A DNA stretch of 64,000 bases from Marinicella sp. (GCA_965230295.1 OZ246001.1:1152001-1216000); one strand, 5' to 3'. Positions 1-10,554 are shown, numbered from the stretch's first letter. Translations and numbers: made by a program. Notes: generated by a model from the sequence alone, not told the origin.

Positions 1-1
1 G

Positions 2-181
2 GCCTTTTCAACCACACTGGCCTGCCTGACCAACCTGGGCCCTGCTTTGGGTGATGCCGGCGCCAATTATGCCAACATCTCTGACGGTGGTAAATCCATA
101 TTAACTGTAGCCATGATATTTGGTCGTTTGGAGCTCTTCACCTTGTTTATCTTGTTGATACCTGCGTATTGGGAATATTGA
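2..181 (+). CDS. trkH: 3' end of TrkH potassium uptake membrane protein (partial)
   Basis: Frame 2 translates AFSTTLACLTNLGPALG...MIFGRLELFTLFILLIPAYWEY*, the conserved TrkH C-terminus (NLGP, GRLE motifs); absent from the ORF track. Confidence 0.9.
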   Translation, partial: AFSTTLACLTNLGPALGDAGANYANISDGGKSILTVAMIFGRLELFTLFILLIPAYWEY

Positions 182-183
182 TT

Positions 184-834
184 CTAGATTCCAGCTGAAC
201 GGGCAAACACCACAGCAATCACTTCTTCAACACCAGCCCTTTTTAAACAGCTGGCCACTGAACGCATGGTTTGACCCGTGGTCATCACATCATCCAACAC
301 CATCACCACAGGTGCGTCAATCGGTTGATTAACTTTAAAAGCCGCCCTGACATTGGCGCTGCGTTGCTTTTCATGCAACTCAGCTTGCATGGCTGTGTGT
401 TTGGTTCTGATCAAATGACGGTCTAAAATTCGTCGGCCTTGGTTTGCGGCCATGATTTTTGCCACTTCATAGGCTTGGTTGTATCCACGCGAGAGCAATC
501 GCTTTTTGTGTAGCGGAACAGGTAAGATGGGTACCGAAGGCTCGATCCCATTCAAGTGATTGCACAAAGCTTCTGCCATGATTCTGGCACGATCCAACCG
601 ACCACCAAATTTAAGTTGCTGGACCCAGACACTGACAGGTGGTTGGTATATGGCAGCACAAATGGTTTGACTGAAAGCCGGTTCATCATTGCGACATTCT
701 CCGCAAACATGGTCCGTTTGAAGGAGTGGTTTGGCACAAATTTGGCAGGGGTTCTCAGGGACTTGAACCAGTGTCTGACAACCTTCACACAAACTGTTTT
801 TTGTATGTACTTGGCACAGGGCACACCGTTGCAT
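184..834 (-). CDS. comF: ComF family protein (double zinc ribbon + PRTase domain)
   Basis: CxxC pairs at the N-terminus, VPLH..R...RGYNQA, LDDVMTTGQT. Confidence 0.92.
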   Translation of the reverse strand: MQRCALCQVHTKNSLCEGCQTLVQVPENPCQICAKPLLQTDHVCGECRNDEPAFSQTICAAIYQPPVSVWVQQLKFGGRLDRARIMAEALCNHLNGIEPSVPILPVPLHKKRLLSRGYNQAYEVAKIMAANQGRRILDRHLIRTKHTAMQAELHEKQRSANVRAAFKVNQPIDAPVVMVLDDVMTTGQTMRSVASCLKRAGVEEVIAVVFARSAGI

Positions 835-846
835 TTTGTGTGATGC

Positions 847-3800
847 TTACTCGTTGGCCATCTGAGCTGCTTCAGCCAGATCCACACTCACCAACCGGGA
901 TACCCCGGGCTCTCGCATGGTGACCCCCATCAACTGATGGGCAATTTCCATCGTCACTTTGTTGTGCGACACGAATAAGAACTGAACTTTCTCAGACATT
1001 TCCGCCACCATCTTGGAAAACCGACCCACATTGGCATCATCCAGAGGTGCATCTACTTCGTCCAACATACAAAATGGAGCTGGGTTCAAATTAAAGATGG
1101 CAAACACCAATGACACCGCTGTTAACGCTTTTTCACCGCCAGAGAGTAGTTGAATGCTGGACACACGTTTACCTGGTGGTCTGGCCATGATGGAAACGCC
1201 AGTGGTCAACAAATCATTACCGGTTAATTCTAAATAGGCATGGCCACCACCAAATAACCGTGGGAACAGTTGTTTGATGTTGGTGTTCACTGCTTCAAAG
1301 GTTTCCTTGAACAAGGTTCTGGTGTCCTTGTCGATGCGGGCGATGGCTTGCTCTAAAGTCTCTAGCGCCTGTTCCAGATCGTCATTTTGCTCATCCAGAT
1401 ACTGCTTGCGTTTAGACTCTTCTTCAAACTCCTCAATGGCAGCCAGGTTAACCGGCTCCAAACGAACAATGCTGCGATGCAAACGTTCAGTTTGATCTTC
1501 TTTGCGGTCAATCAAGTCAGGCAAGGTTTGTTCACTCAAATCACCCAAAGTGGCCAAAAGCTGTTCTGCATCATGCCCTTGATCAGTCAGTTGCTCAGCA
1601 AATCCATTGGCCCTTAACTCATTTGACTGGAAAGCCAATTTAGCGGATTCCAAAGCATTTCTGGCTTCATCAATTTGTTGTTGGTGCTGGTGCCTCAAAC
1701 GTTCCAACTCATCCAATTTTGATTGCGAACTGCTGACTTCCTGGCGCATGGCATCACGCTGTTTCTCTGTTTCCAGGCGTTGGCTGATCAAATCATTCAA
1801 AGCCTGTTTGTGTCCTTCGATGGGATCCAGGTCTACACTCAACTGTTGCAACAATTCATCTTTTCTGGCGACCAGTATCTGGACTGCTTCTTGCGTTCTC
1901 TCGATGTTGTTCTGTAGAGACTCAATTTTATTCATGGTCCCAGACAGGCCCATTTTGTGCTGATAAAACTGATTGGAAATGTCGTTAAGCTGGGCTTTGG
2001 TTTGGTGGTATTGTTGCTGAAATGATTGTTGTTGGTCCATCAACTCAATTTTCTTCTGCTCAAATTTTGCCAGTTCATTCATGGCCGTTTCAAGAGCAGC
2101 ACGCGACGTCTTGATTTGAGTTTCATCGTCTGCCATTTGTGCCCTGATCTGCTCAGTCTCTACCGCTTTTTCCTGACTTTGTTGTTGTTCTCTGTCGATC
2201 AGCTGTTGTTTGTTCATGGTCAGGCCATTCAACTCAGACAACTTACGATGTGACATGTTGACATCTAACTGCAACTGTTCTACACCTGTATTCAAGGTCA
2301 ACCGCGCTGCTTTAGTCTCTTCCAGTTCTGTTTGTAAAGTCTCCAGCTTGGTTTCATCAACTTCGATATGTTGTTCCAGAGATTTAAGTTCTTTTTGGCG
2401 CAACAAAAATCCTTCAGTTTGTTCGCCTCGGTTGATGTGCACCCAGTTTTGTCCAAACCATTCACCACTTTGGGTCACCACGGATTCACCACCTGCCAAA
2501 TTTCTCGCCACATTTTTCGCTGCAGCCACATCTGCACAAACCTTGATTTGGTTGAACCACTCAATGACCGCATCCGGACCTTTGACACATTCTGCCAACG
2601 TACCGGCTTGGGCTTTGATGCCTCCTTGGTTGGCATGTACCGTGGTCATGCCACCGAAAGTCCAACCTTCTGTGACACTGTATAAGTCTTGGTTATTGGA
2701 TACCCAGGCTTGAAGGCGTTCTTGTAACACGGTTTCAACCGCTTGCTCCCAACCTGCTTCAACTTCTAACATTTCTGCCAGACGTTGTTGATTGAGTTGA
2801 CTGTTGTTACTGATCCACTTTTTCAACTCAGCTTTGTCTTTTGATTGGGCAGCTTGTTGTAACGCCAATAAGGAACCACGTCGGCCTTTGGCTTGATGCA
2901 GTTGTTGTTGAACCTGATCAATTTGGTGGCGCAATTGCTGACTGCGTTCGGCATTGATGTTGACCTGTTCTTTTTGCCCAGCCAATGATTGCTCGAAAGT
3001 TTCATGTTTGGTTTGCTGGGTTTCAACCTGTTTTTGCAAACCAAGCAACTCCTCCTGGAGCTTGTTAACCAATTCATTGTTATCACTGGGCTCAACAGAT
3101 TTCAACCGCTCTGCTTGACGCATCATGTGCGATTCAAGTGAGGTGATCCGGGTTTTTTCCACATCGACTGTGCGCATGTGGTCAGCAATACTGTGGTTAT
3201 TGTCATCCCACTGGCTGCGCCATTTTTCTTGCTGTTCTTCGCTGTGCTGATTCAGTTCCTGCGCTTGTTCTAACTGTAAAGCCAATTCTTCTTCTTTGGG
3301 CTTCCCTTGTTTATAGAGGTTTTGTTGTTCAGTCAGTTGCTGTTCATCACTGGTTAGCCGAGCTTGTGAATTTTTCAGGTTTTCTTCGGTGTTGGCCAGG
3401 TCTTTCTGATGACGTTCTGAGAGTGATTTTGAATGGGCAATGGCTTGTTCGATTTTACCGATTTCAGCATTGACCTTATACAATTGCTCCTGCAATTTGT
3501 TGTTCTCATCCGTCAAGGTTTGGTGTGCCACCCTATGCTGTTCAATGTTCTTTTCACCATCAGTCTGACCAGACTTGGCTTTTTCTACAGCGGTTTTTAG
3601 TTGTGTGACCTGACCTTTACCTTGCTCAGCCTGGCTGTGCCATTGCTGCCAACGCAGCGCCAACACTTCGGCTTTGATCAGTTTAAACTGGTCCTTCAAC
3701 TGGGTGTATTTTTCTGCATTCTTGGCTTGCCTTTGCAGGTGCTGGATGTGTTTACCCACCTCAGTTCGCAAATCATCCAAGCGTTCCAGGTTTTCTTTGG

Positions 3801-4359
3801 TGCGTTTGATGCGGCGCTCAGTTTCACGACGACGTTCACGGTATTTTGATACCCCGGCTGCTTCTTCAATATAGCCTCGAAGGTCTTCAGGTTTGGACTC
3901 CACAATGTTAGAAATCATGCCCTGTTCAATGATTGAGTAACTCCGGGGACCCAATCCGGTACCCAAAAACAAATCCACTATGTCTTTCTTGCGGCATTTA
4001 CTGCCATTCAAGAAGTACATCGACTGGGCATCTCGATTGACTTGACGTTTGACAGAAATTTCATTGTAGCTGGCATATTCACCTTTGAGCAATCCGTCGG
4101 AATTGTCGAATATCAATTCAACCGTAGCTAAGCTCACTGGCTTTCGGGTAGATGAACCGGAAAAAATCACATCAGTCATGGAAGCACCACGCAGCATTTT
4201 CGCTGACGTTTCACCCATCACCCAACGCACCGCATCGATGATGTTTGATTTACCACAGCCGTTGGGTCCAACCACACCGATCAGATTACTGGGCATCAGC
4301 ACTTCAGTTGGATCCACAAATGACTTGAATCCAGCAATTTTTATCTTCGATAACTTCAT
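847..4359 (-). CDS. smc: Chromosome segregation protein SMC
   Basis: GFKSF, Walker A GPNGCGKSN, long coiled coils, hinge, LSGGEK signature, LDEVDAPLD. Confidence 0.98.
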   Translation of the reverse strand: MKLSKIKIAGFKSFVDPTEVLMPSNLIGVVGPNGCGKSNIIDAVRWVMGETSAKMLRGASMTDVIFSGSSTRKPVSLATVELIFDNSDGLLKGEYASYNEISVKRQVNRDAQSMYFLNGSKCRKKDIVDLFLGTGLGPRSYSIIEQGMISNIVESKPEDLRGYIEEAAGVSKYRERRRETERRIKRTKENLERLDDLRTEVGKHIQHLQRQAKNAEKYTQLKDQFKLIKAEVLALRWQQWHSQAEQGKGQVTQLKTAVEKAKSGQTDGEKNIEQHRVAHQTLTDENNKLQEQLYKVNAEIGKIEQAIAHSKSLSERHQKDLANTEENLKNSQARLTSDEQQLTEQQNLYKQGKPKEEELALQLEQAQELNQHSEEQQEKWRSQWDDNNHSIADHMRTVDVEKTRITSLESHMMRQAERLKSVEPSDNNELVNKLQEELLGLQKQVETQQTKHETFEQSLAGQKEQVNINAERSQQLRHQIDQVQQQLHQAKGRRGSLLALQQAAQSKDKAELKKWISNNSQLNQQRLAEMLEVEAGWEQAVETVLQERLQAWVSNNQDLYSVTEGWTFGGMTTVHANQGGIKAQAGTLAECVKGPDAVIEWFNQIKVCADVAAAKNVARNLAGGESVVTQSGEWFGQNWVHINRGEQTEGFLLRQKELKSLEQHIEVDETKLETLQTELEETKAARLTLNTGVEQLQLDVNMSHRKLSELNGLTMNKQQLIDREQQQSQEKAVETEQIRAQMADDETQIKTSRAALETAMNELAKFEQKKIELMDQQQSFQQQYHQTKAQLNDISNQFYQHKMGLSGTMNKIESLQNNIERTQEAVQILVARKDELLQQLSVDLDPIEGHKQALNDLISQRLETEKQRDAMRQEVSSSQSKLDELERLRHQHQQQIDEARNALESAKLAFQSNELRANGFAEQLTDQGHDAEQLLATLGDLSEQTLPDLIDRKEDQTERLHRSIVRLEPVNLAAIEEFEEESKRKQYLDEQNDDLEQALETLEQAIARIDKDTRTLFKETFEAVNTNIKQLFPRLFGGGHAYLELTGNDLLTTGVSIMARPPGKRVSSIQLLSGGEKALTAVSLVFAIFNLNPAPFCMLDEVDAPLDDANVGRFSKMVAEMSEKVQFLFVSHNKVTMEIAHQLMGVTMREPGVSRLVSVDLAEAAQMANE

Positions 4360-4434
4360 CTATAGTGTATTTTGCTTGATAAATATCCCTTTTTTGGGTA
4401 TTGTTCCGCCCCAGATAATTACAGAGAATATAAC

Positions 4435-4788
4435 ATGTCTACTCACCCTACAAAAGAGCTCGAAACATTTGTTAACCCCAATCAGGAACGGGATTATACC
4501 ATCATTATCGACATTCCTGAATTCACTTGTTTGTGCCCAAAAACAGGACAACCAGATTTTGCCACCATCAAGCTGGAATACCAACCTGATGAAAAGTGTG
4601 TAGAGCTGAAAGCATTGAAACTTTATATGTGGACTTTCCGCGAACGCGGCGCCTTCCATGAAGCCGTCACCAATGAAATTTTGGATGATTTGGTGGCTGC
4701 TGTTGATCCCAAATGGATGAAAATCACCATGAAGTTTAATGTCCGTGGTGGCATCTATACCGATGTGGTGATTGAGCACAAGAAGTAA
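4435..4788 (+). CDS. queF: preQ0 reductase QueF (short type)
   Basis: [33 protein letters not shown]; ATG at 4435 preferred over the TTG start in the track. Confidence 0.95.
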   Translation: MSTHPTKELETFVNPNQERDYTIIIDIPEFTCLCPKTGQPDFATIKLEYQPDEKCVELKALKLYMWTFRERGAFHEAVTNEILDDLVAAVDPKWMKITMKFNVRGGIYTDVVIEHKK

Positions 4789-4805
4789 TTGCAGATTCAG
4801 AATCA

Positions 4806-4838
4806 CAAAAAAAAGGCTCCTGATGGAGCCTTTTTTTG
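4806..4838. terminator. Bidirectional intrinsic terminator between queF and bfd
   Basis: A-tract, GGCTCC-TGAT-GGAGCC, T-tract between convergent genes. Confidence 0.9.
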
Positions 4839-4858
4839 AGCAATTCAAAATTCAATTC

Positions 4859-5083
4859 TTATGCTGGAACTTGACAATCAACCGATGGTTGTAAAATTTT
4901 CAAAAAATCAGGGGTTACTTTTTGATTTTGGGCTTGTAACACCTCTAATGCTGAATCAGCACAGGTACCACAACCCGTGGCACAACCCGTCATTTGCTTG
5001 ATGTCTTGCATACTACTGGCGCCTGCTTTGGCGGCTTTTTGAATGTCTTTTTCAGTCACACCGTGACAAATACAAACGTACAT
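4859..5083 (-). CDS. bfd: Bacterioferritin-associated ferredoxin
   Basis: MYVCICHGVT...GCATGCGTC [2Fe-2S] motif. Confidence 0.93.
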   Translation of the reverse strand: MYVCICHGVTEKDIQKAAKAGASSMQDIKQMTGCATGCGTCADSALEVLQAQNQKVTPDFLKILQPSVDCQVPA

Positions 5084-5110
5084 AATAGATTTTTCTCATT
5101 GCTTGGCTCA

Positions 5111-5140
5111 ATTATAATTGCTAATGAGAATGATTGTCAA
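5111..5140 (-). promoter_or_regulatory. Sigma70 promoter of bfd with overlapping Fur box
   Basis: Minus strand TTGACA-N18-TATAAT; 5120-5138 GCTAATGAGAATGATTGTC matches the Fur consensus GATAATGATAATCATTATC at 15/19. Confidence 0.85.
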
Positions 5141-5201
5141 TACCGTTATTGTTGTTATTCTAAAAAATCCTGCCATTCCCAAAATTCATCAAGGAACTGT
5201 C

Positions 5202-7949
5202 CTACTGTGTTTTCAACTGTGAAATTTCCTCGGCCAAGGCAATCTCTGACTGGTATCGGTTTTTCAATTCCGGTACATCCAAAATGTCCAACACATCAGC
5301 AGCTTGTTGAGTAGCCACCAATGAATTTCCTGTTGCGGCATTCAACTGTGCCCAGCGCAGTTTAGCCACTGCAGTACGCTTTGAGCCCAGCCCATAGGTA
5401 TCAACCATCAACTGATGTGCTTTTGCAATGATTGACTCAGCTTCATCATATTCACCCACTTCGATCAACAAAGGTACATACATGATTTGGAATCGAGCAA
5501 ACATAGGATGGTTTACACCCATTTCATGCTTTATACCATCCAGGGCCATTTCAAAGAACCTTTTGGATGCTTCATATTTTTTCAATGCCAACAATGATCG
5601 GGCCATTCCCACATCTGTAGATGCTTCATAAAACGGAATTCTTGGCTCCAAAGCAGGCCATAAACTTTGCGCCTTTTTAAAGTTCTCGATGGCTTTTTCA
5701 TGTTCGTTCAAAGCACGGTAAGACATGCCCATGTTCAAATAAGCTGCTGGCATTTGATGCCCTTTGATTTCTGTACCATATAGGTTGTCAATGATTTGTT
5801 GGTTGATCCTGATCCCTTCTCTCATGTCTCCCAATGAAGCCACTGATACAGCCAAACGACCTAAGTTGTCGATAGTCTCAGGATGGTTCTTACCAAATTT
5901 TTCACTGAAATAAGCAACCAACTCCCGATCAATTTCAATCGCTTTCAGTGCTTCCCCACTGTTGAAGAATGCATCGGATTCTATCCCTAAAATTTGAGGG
6001 TATAACAGGGGTTCATCAGTCACTTGTAGGGCATGTGATTTCGCCACAGCTATGTCATCCAATGCTTGCTTGAAATCAGGTTCAACCAAGGCCAGTTTGC
6101 CTTTCAAAGCATAGAGTGACGCCAGCAACGAATGGGCAGAAAACAACTTGGCTATGTCAGGTTCATATGAGCTTAAAGTGAGCATGATTTGTGCAGCCTC
6201 TGCTGTTTGATTCAAACGAATTAAGCTGTTCATAAGAGACATGGCTGCCCTCGCTGATTGTTCGTTAACATCATCTGTCAATGGTGCCAATTCCATCGCC
6301 TGCCTGAAATGATGAACAGCCCCTTCCAAATTATCCTGTGCTTCCATGTTATTACCCGCATGGATGTGAGCAGCTGCTAATCTATGTGTCTCTTTGGGTT
6401 GTTGATTCAATAATTTTATTTGTTCATTGGTGAGTTGTTCGGCAGACTTCACTTGACCTAAACGATACTGGATTTGGCTTAACAGCCCCAATGTTTCGGT
6501 TTTTAATAACACATCACCCTTTTCTGCCAAAATCTTCTCAGCTGCCAACCCAGTTAATTCATTGACACTGATGGGTTGTTGCTGATTCTTAACCGGATCT
6601 GCCGCTGTGAAAATACTGAGTAAAAATTGATTCGACCAATTGGCTTTTTCGGCCTCTTGCTCAGCAATGGCCGCTTGGTTAAAAGCAAACACCGCAGAGG
6701 CAACTATGCCAAACACAGCTGCAGATGAAATGGTGATTGGTATTTTATTTTTTTGCCATGTTTTACTGAATCTGTACCAAAAATGATTGGCGTGATTGGG
6801 AACCGCCGAACCTGCTAAGAACAGCTGTAAATCATTATTCAATTCAGTGGTATTTTTATACCGGGCACTGACATCCACTTGTAAACCTTTATCGATGATG
6901 GTGCCCAACTCTTTTGACAAAGCCCTGTCTATAACTTTCGGATCCAGGCCATTCATCAGAGCTATGCCATGACCACTTTTGCATTGTGCTTTGAAACGCT
7001 GATAGACTTTTTCAATTGGATTGTTCAGTTGTTGGTGATAATCAACCAAAGTGGTTATTGATTCACTTTTCCTGGGCACAGATCCTGTACACAGCTCATA
7101 CAAAACAGCACACAATCCAAATACATCACTGGCTGTGCTGAGCAAATCACCTTTGGTTTGCTCCGGAGATGAATAGCCAGGAGTGAACTGCGGTAAATAA
7201 ATGTCAGCAGAACTGACATGTAAGGGGCGGGCTACACCAAAATCCACCAATTTAATCTGTCCCGCTTCATTGACCAAGATATTGGCAGGTTTGATGTCTC
7301 CATGAATAACCAAATTCTGGTGGGCATACCCAACTGCATTGATGGTTTGTTGCACAAGTTTGATGCGTTCATGCAATGACAATTTATGTTTTTCAGCATA
7401 GGTACAAATTGGGCTTCCAGCCACCAACTCCATAACAAAGTATGAAATGTCATCATCATTGGTTCCACCATCAATCAAACGAGCAATGTTGGGGTGCTCG
7501 AATTGAGCCAAAGTTCGCATTTCTTCTGTGAACTTTTGTTTGCTGAGTTCTGAAAACTGGCCAGACTTGATGATCTTTAACGCCACTTCCTTTTCATATT
7601 CACCATCAGCCCTGCGCGCGATAAACACTTGCCCCATGCCGCCACTTGCCAAGGGTTTGGTCACTTTCCATGCCCCGAATTTTCGACCAACTATGTCACT
7701 CGGATTGCTGTGATTCAGCACCTGTTCTCCCAACAGTGACTCCACCAATGGATCGATCGAAGTATTCAAAATGTTGGTGCCAGATTCGTTTGCCAACATT
7801 TTTTGTAAGACCAACCGAGCTTCATCTGACAAATCTGCCTCTGCCATCTGCGTTTCTTGTGCCTCCTGCGGTAAATCACACAAAACATCAAATAGATTCA
7901 GAACCTGGGTCCACACCACTGGAGATAATTTTTTTAACAACTCATTCAT
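5202..7949 (-). CDS. Membrane Ser/Thr protein kinase with extracytoplasmic TPR region
   Basis: GGMGQVF, VALK, HGDIKPAN, DFG, one TM segment, then helical TPR-like repeats. Confidence 0.92.
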   Translation of the reverse strand: MNELLKKLSPVVWTQVLNLFDVLCDLPQEAQETQMAEADLSDEARLVLQKMLANESGTNILNTSIDPLVESLLGEQVLNHSNPSDIVGRKFGAWKVTKPLASGGMGQVFIARRADGEYEKEVALKIIKSGQFSELSKQKFTEEMRTLAQFEHPNIARLIDGGTNDDDISYFVMELVAGSPICTYAEKHKLSLHERIKLVQQTINAVGYAHQNLVIHGDIKPANILVNEAGQIKLVDFGVARPLHVSSADIYLPQFTPGYSSPEQTKGDLLSTASDVFGLCAVLYELCTGSVPRKSESITTLVDYHQQLNNPIEKVYQRFKAQCKSGHGIALMNGLDPKVIDRALSKELGTIIDKGLQVDVSARYKNTTELNNDLQLFLAGSAVPNHANHFWYRFSKTWQKNKIPITISSAAVFGIVASAVFAFNQAAIAEQEAEKANWSNQFLLSIFTAADPVKNQQQPISVNELTGLAAEKILAEKGDVLLKTETLGLLSQIQYRLGQVKSAEQLTNEQIKLLNQQPKETHRLAAAHIHAGNNMEAQDNLEGAVHHFRQAMELAPLTDDVNEQSARAAMSLMNSLIRLNQTAEAAQIMLTLSSYEPDIAKLFSAHSLLASLYALKGKLALVEPDFKQALDDIAVAKSHALQVTDEPLLYPQILGIESDAFFNSGEALKAIEIDRELVAYFSEKFGKNHPETIDNLGRLAVSVASLGDMREGIRINQQIIDNLYGTEIKGHQMPAAYLNMGMSYRALNEHEKAIENFKKAQSLWPALEPRIPFYEASTDVGMARSLLALKKYEASKRFFEMALDGIKHEMGVNHPMFARFQIMYVPLLIEVGEYDEAESIIAKAHQLMVDTYGLGSKRTAVAKLRWAQLNAATGNSLVATQQAADVLDILDVPELKNRYQSEIALAEEISQLKTQ

Positions 7950-8526
7950 CGATCAACGCCGCCAATATGGCTTTGGCTTTTTGCCATGTTCGATCAAGTG
8001 TCCTTTTTGAGACCCCCAAAATTTCTGCGGTCTCACTGACTGTCATCCCCACAAAATACCGCAAATGCACCACTTCGACCAAATTAGGATCCACATCTTT
8101 CAGTTGTTCCAAAGCTTCGTTCAAGGCCACCACTTGAAAACAATCCTGGGCTGTTTTTGTGGATTGTTCCTCATAAGTTACCTGTTGGTTTGCTGCCCCC
8201 CTCTTGTCAGACATTTGGCGCCTGGCCATATCAACCAATATGTGCCGCATTGACAAAGCTGCCGTTGAATAAAAGTGCCTGCGGTTACTCCATTTTTTTT
8301 CGTCCGAATTGACACTGAGTTTAAGGTAAGCTTCGTGCACCAAAGATGTGGTATCCAGGTCTTTGTTATTGACATGCTTTCTGAGTTTGGCATGGGCAAT
8401 GATTTTGAGTTCCTGATACAACAAGGCCTGCAACTTTTTATCTTGTAATGCGGCTTGTAAAGATTCATTGTTCAATACATTGGTGACAGAACCCATCATC
8501 AATCTCAGGGGTTGGTGTTCAATCAT
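7942..8526 (-). CDS. ECF sigma factor, kinase-associated (ECF43/TIGR02999-like)
   Basis: LYQEL..IA, LDTTSLVHEAYLKL, HFY..AA..MRHILVD.ARR...KRG, sigma4 HTH; overlaps the kinase start; start codon uncertain (8583/8526/8499). Confidence 0.9.
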   Translation of the reverse strand: MIEHQPLRLMMGSVTNVLNNESLQAALQDKKLQALLYQELKIIAHAKLRKHVNNKDLDTTSLVHEAYLKLSVNSDEKKWSNRRHFYSTAALSMRHILVDMARRQMSDKRGAANQQVTYEEQSTKTAQDCFQVVALNEALEQLKDVDPNLVEVVHLRYFVGMTVSETAEILGVSKRTLDRTWQKAKAILAALIDE

Positions 8527-8598
8527 ATTACCACAGCCCTTGAGTTGCTCACAATGCCGATTAATTTTTAATCCAACCATCATTCTGAGATCTGTTGA

Positions 8599-10554
8599 TT
8601 ACTCAAAATCATCACTAAAAATGAGGTCATCTGACTCGAAAACCGCTCTTATCGTGTGGCTTGATTGCACATTGGTTAAACATTCATCGTCCTGGTTCAC
8701 CAAGGGACAGTTCAACCAACCGATGAAATCACTGCCTGACAATGGCGTGGCAATTAAGGTCACGATGGTGCCATTGAAATACACTTCTGAGCAGTCAACT
8801 CCACATGAGATACCACCCGGAATACTGACCACTGCCCCTTCACCAGAGCCTTCTTTTTGTATGGTCAATAAAAACTCATCTTCACCAATGCTGTCATACA
8901 CTTCGTCAAAACCAGCATCATACAAACCACCAGGATCACCAGGTAAGCCTTGTGGATTGGTGTTCTCATTGACCGGTGCATCTTGATTTTCAATATCGAC
9001 TTCAGTTGTCCAACTGAATGAATCTTGCAAACACATATCCACGCCAGGAGAACTGGCCAGTTGTCTGGCATCTCCAGCAGCTGGGTTGATCAGTTGAGGC
9101 GTGCCCATGTCGTAAATCCCGGTAGGCCAAGCATGGCTGTTGTCAATCAGGTTACATTGGCCGGTGATGATGGCCGAACCGCCAGATCGGTCATCAAAAC
9201 CCGATGAATCAGTGAGCACTGAGTTTTGAATGTCTATGAACCCCGTCAGCAAGACCGATACGTAAGAACCGGTATTTGAATCTGGTATGTGGTTATCAGC
9301 CATGGTCATGTGACTGACTTCAAATTCATCGTTGTTGTTATCAGAGCGCAACATCGCATTGGCGCTGTTTCTGATCATTCCAACCCGATTCATTCTGACC
9401 CTGGATCCACCGTTACTGGTGATCATGCCAACAGCCACTGGGGTGGGAGCGATGTATTCGCTTTGTTCAATGACAGTTCTGTTTAATTGAACCATCGAAT
9501 CATTCACATTAACCACGGAACGTTCATAACGCGCACCCTGAACCTCTGAACAACGGAACAGCAAATTGCAATCGTTGGTTTGGTCCATGATTAATTGGGG
9601 CGTTGCCGTGCCGCCTCCATTGGCGTAAATGGCTGCACCCTGATCGGCTTGTGGCGCATTGATGTGGGTGTTTTGTAACAGTACAAAACCGCTACCATTG
9701 ATGTAAATGGCGCCACCATTTTCTGCCACGTTGCCATCAAAAATGACCCGGTTGGCTCGGCCATCTGCGAACACTTCGCCGCCATTATCAACATATAAAC
9801 CGGCGCCTTCTTCTGCATCCATACCTGACAAGGTGCCCCGGCCTTCTATCCTGACTCCATCTTTAATTTCTAAGTAACAACCACTTCTGATGTGCAAATT
9901 ACCTCCCTTTAATCCCTGATTGCGATGTAATCTTCCACGTAAAATCACGGTCGAATTATTCCCGGTGCAATAAATGCCTCCACCCAGGATATTGTTGGTG
10001 TTGCCATTGAACTGAATCAATGAATTGGATAAGACATCCAAGTAGCTGCCACCTGAAACCACTATGCCTGATTGGTTGCTGCTCACTAAAACATTGTCCA
10101 AGGTGACCACAGCACCACCATTCAATACCAAGGCACGGGTGGCACTGGTCAAGGACATTTGAATGTTCCTGAAAGTCACCACAGAACTGCTTTCGTTCAA
10201 AGTATTGACCTCAAAAATTTCATTGTTGGTGTCACCGATGGTTGTTCTGCCGCTGACCGCTCCAAAACAATCCGGATAACCACCGACCAAGGTCAATTCA
10301 CCAGCACCTGATGAAGACCAGTCCTGCAGCACGTAACTGCCATTGCTGTTGCCTGTATAATTGACGGTGTTGGTCAATCGAATCTCATCTTGCGAATCAC
10401 CGTTCAAGGCCGCCACAAGCAGTGCTTGGTCTAATGTGCCAAAGACATTGCCCCCGTTGCAGTTGACTGAATTGCCAACCCAATAAAGACCTGACCAAGC
10501 TGAAGTGCTGAAAATAACCGTCAATGATAAAATAAATATTTTAGTTGTTTTCAT
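8599..10554 (-). CDS. Secreted beta-helix/adhesin-like protein with InlB B-repeat-like domain and C-terminal DLIFSDDFE motif
   Basis: Signal peptide MKTTKIFIL..SAWS; GG(A/G)IY-like repeats; LTIQKEGSGEG..VTLIATP..FIGW domain; RBS GAGGG before ATG 10554. Confidence 0.75.
   Translation of the reverse strand: MKTTKIFILSLTVIFSTSAWSGLYWVGNSVNCNGGNVFGTLDQALLVAALNGDSQDEIRLTNTVNYTGNSNGSYVLQDWSSSGAGELTLVGGYPDCFGAVSGRTTIGDTNNEIFEVNTLNESSSVVTFRNIQMSLTSATRALVLNGGAVVTLDNVLVSSNQSGIVVSGGSYLDVLSNSLIQFNGNTNNILGGGIYCTGNNSTVILRGRLHRNQGLKGGNLHIRSGCYLEIKDGVRIEGRGTLSGMDAEEGAGLYVDNGGEVFADGRANRVIFDGNVAENGGAIYINGSGFVLLQNTHINAPQADQGAAIYANGGGTATPQLIMDQTNDCNLLFRCSEVQGARYERSVVNVNDSMVQLNRTVIEQSEYIAPTPVAVGMITSNGGSRVRMNRVGMIRNSANAMLRSDNNNDEFEVSHMTMADNHIPDSNTGSYVSVLLTGFIDIQNSVLTDSSGFDDRSGGSAIITGQCNLIDNSHAWPTGIYDMGTPQLINPAAGDARQLASSPGVDMCLQDSFSWTTEVDIENQDAPVNENTNPQGLPGDPGGLYDAGFDEVYDSIGEDEFLLTIQKEGSGEGAVVSIPGGISCGVDCSEVYFNGTIVTLIATPLSGSDFIGWLNCPLVNQDDECLTNVQSSHTIRAVFESDDLIFSDDFE

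Noticed and set aside
4360-4434. preQ1 riboswitch upstream of queF
   Set aside because: Short divergent intergenic region without the conserved stem-loop and A-rich tail
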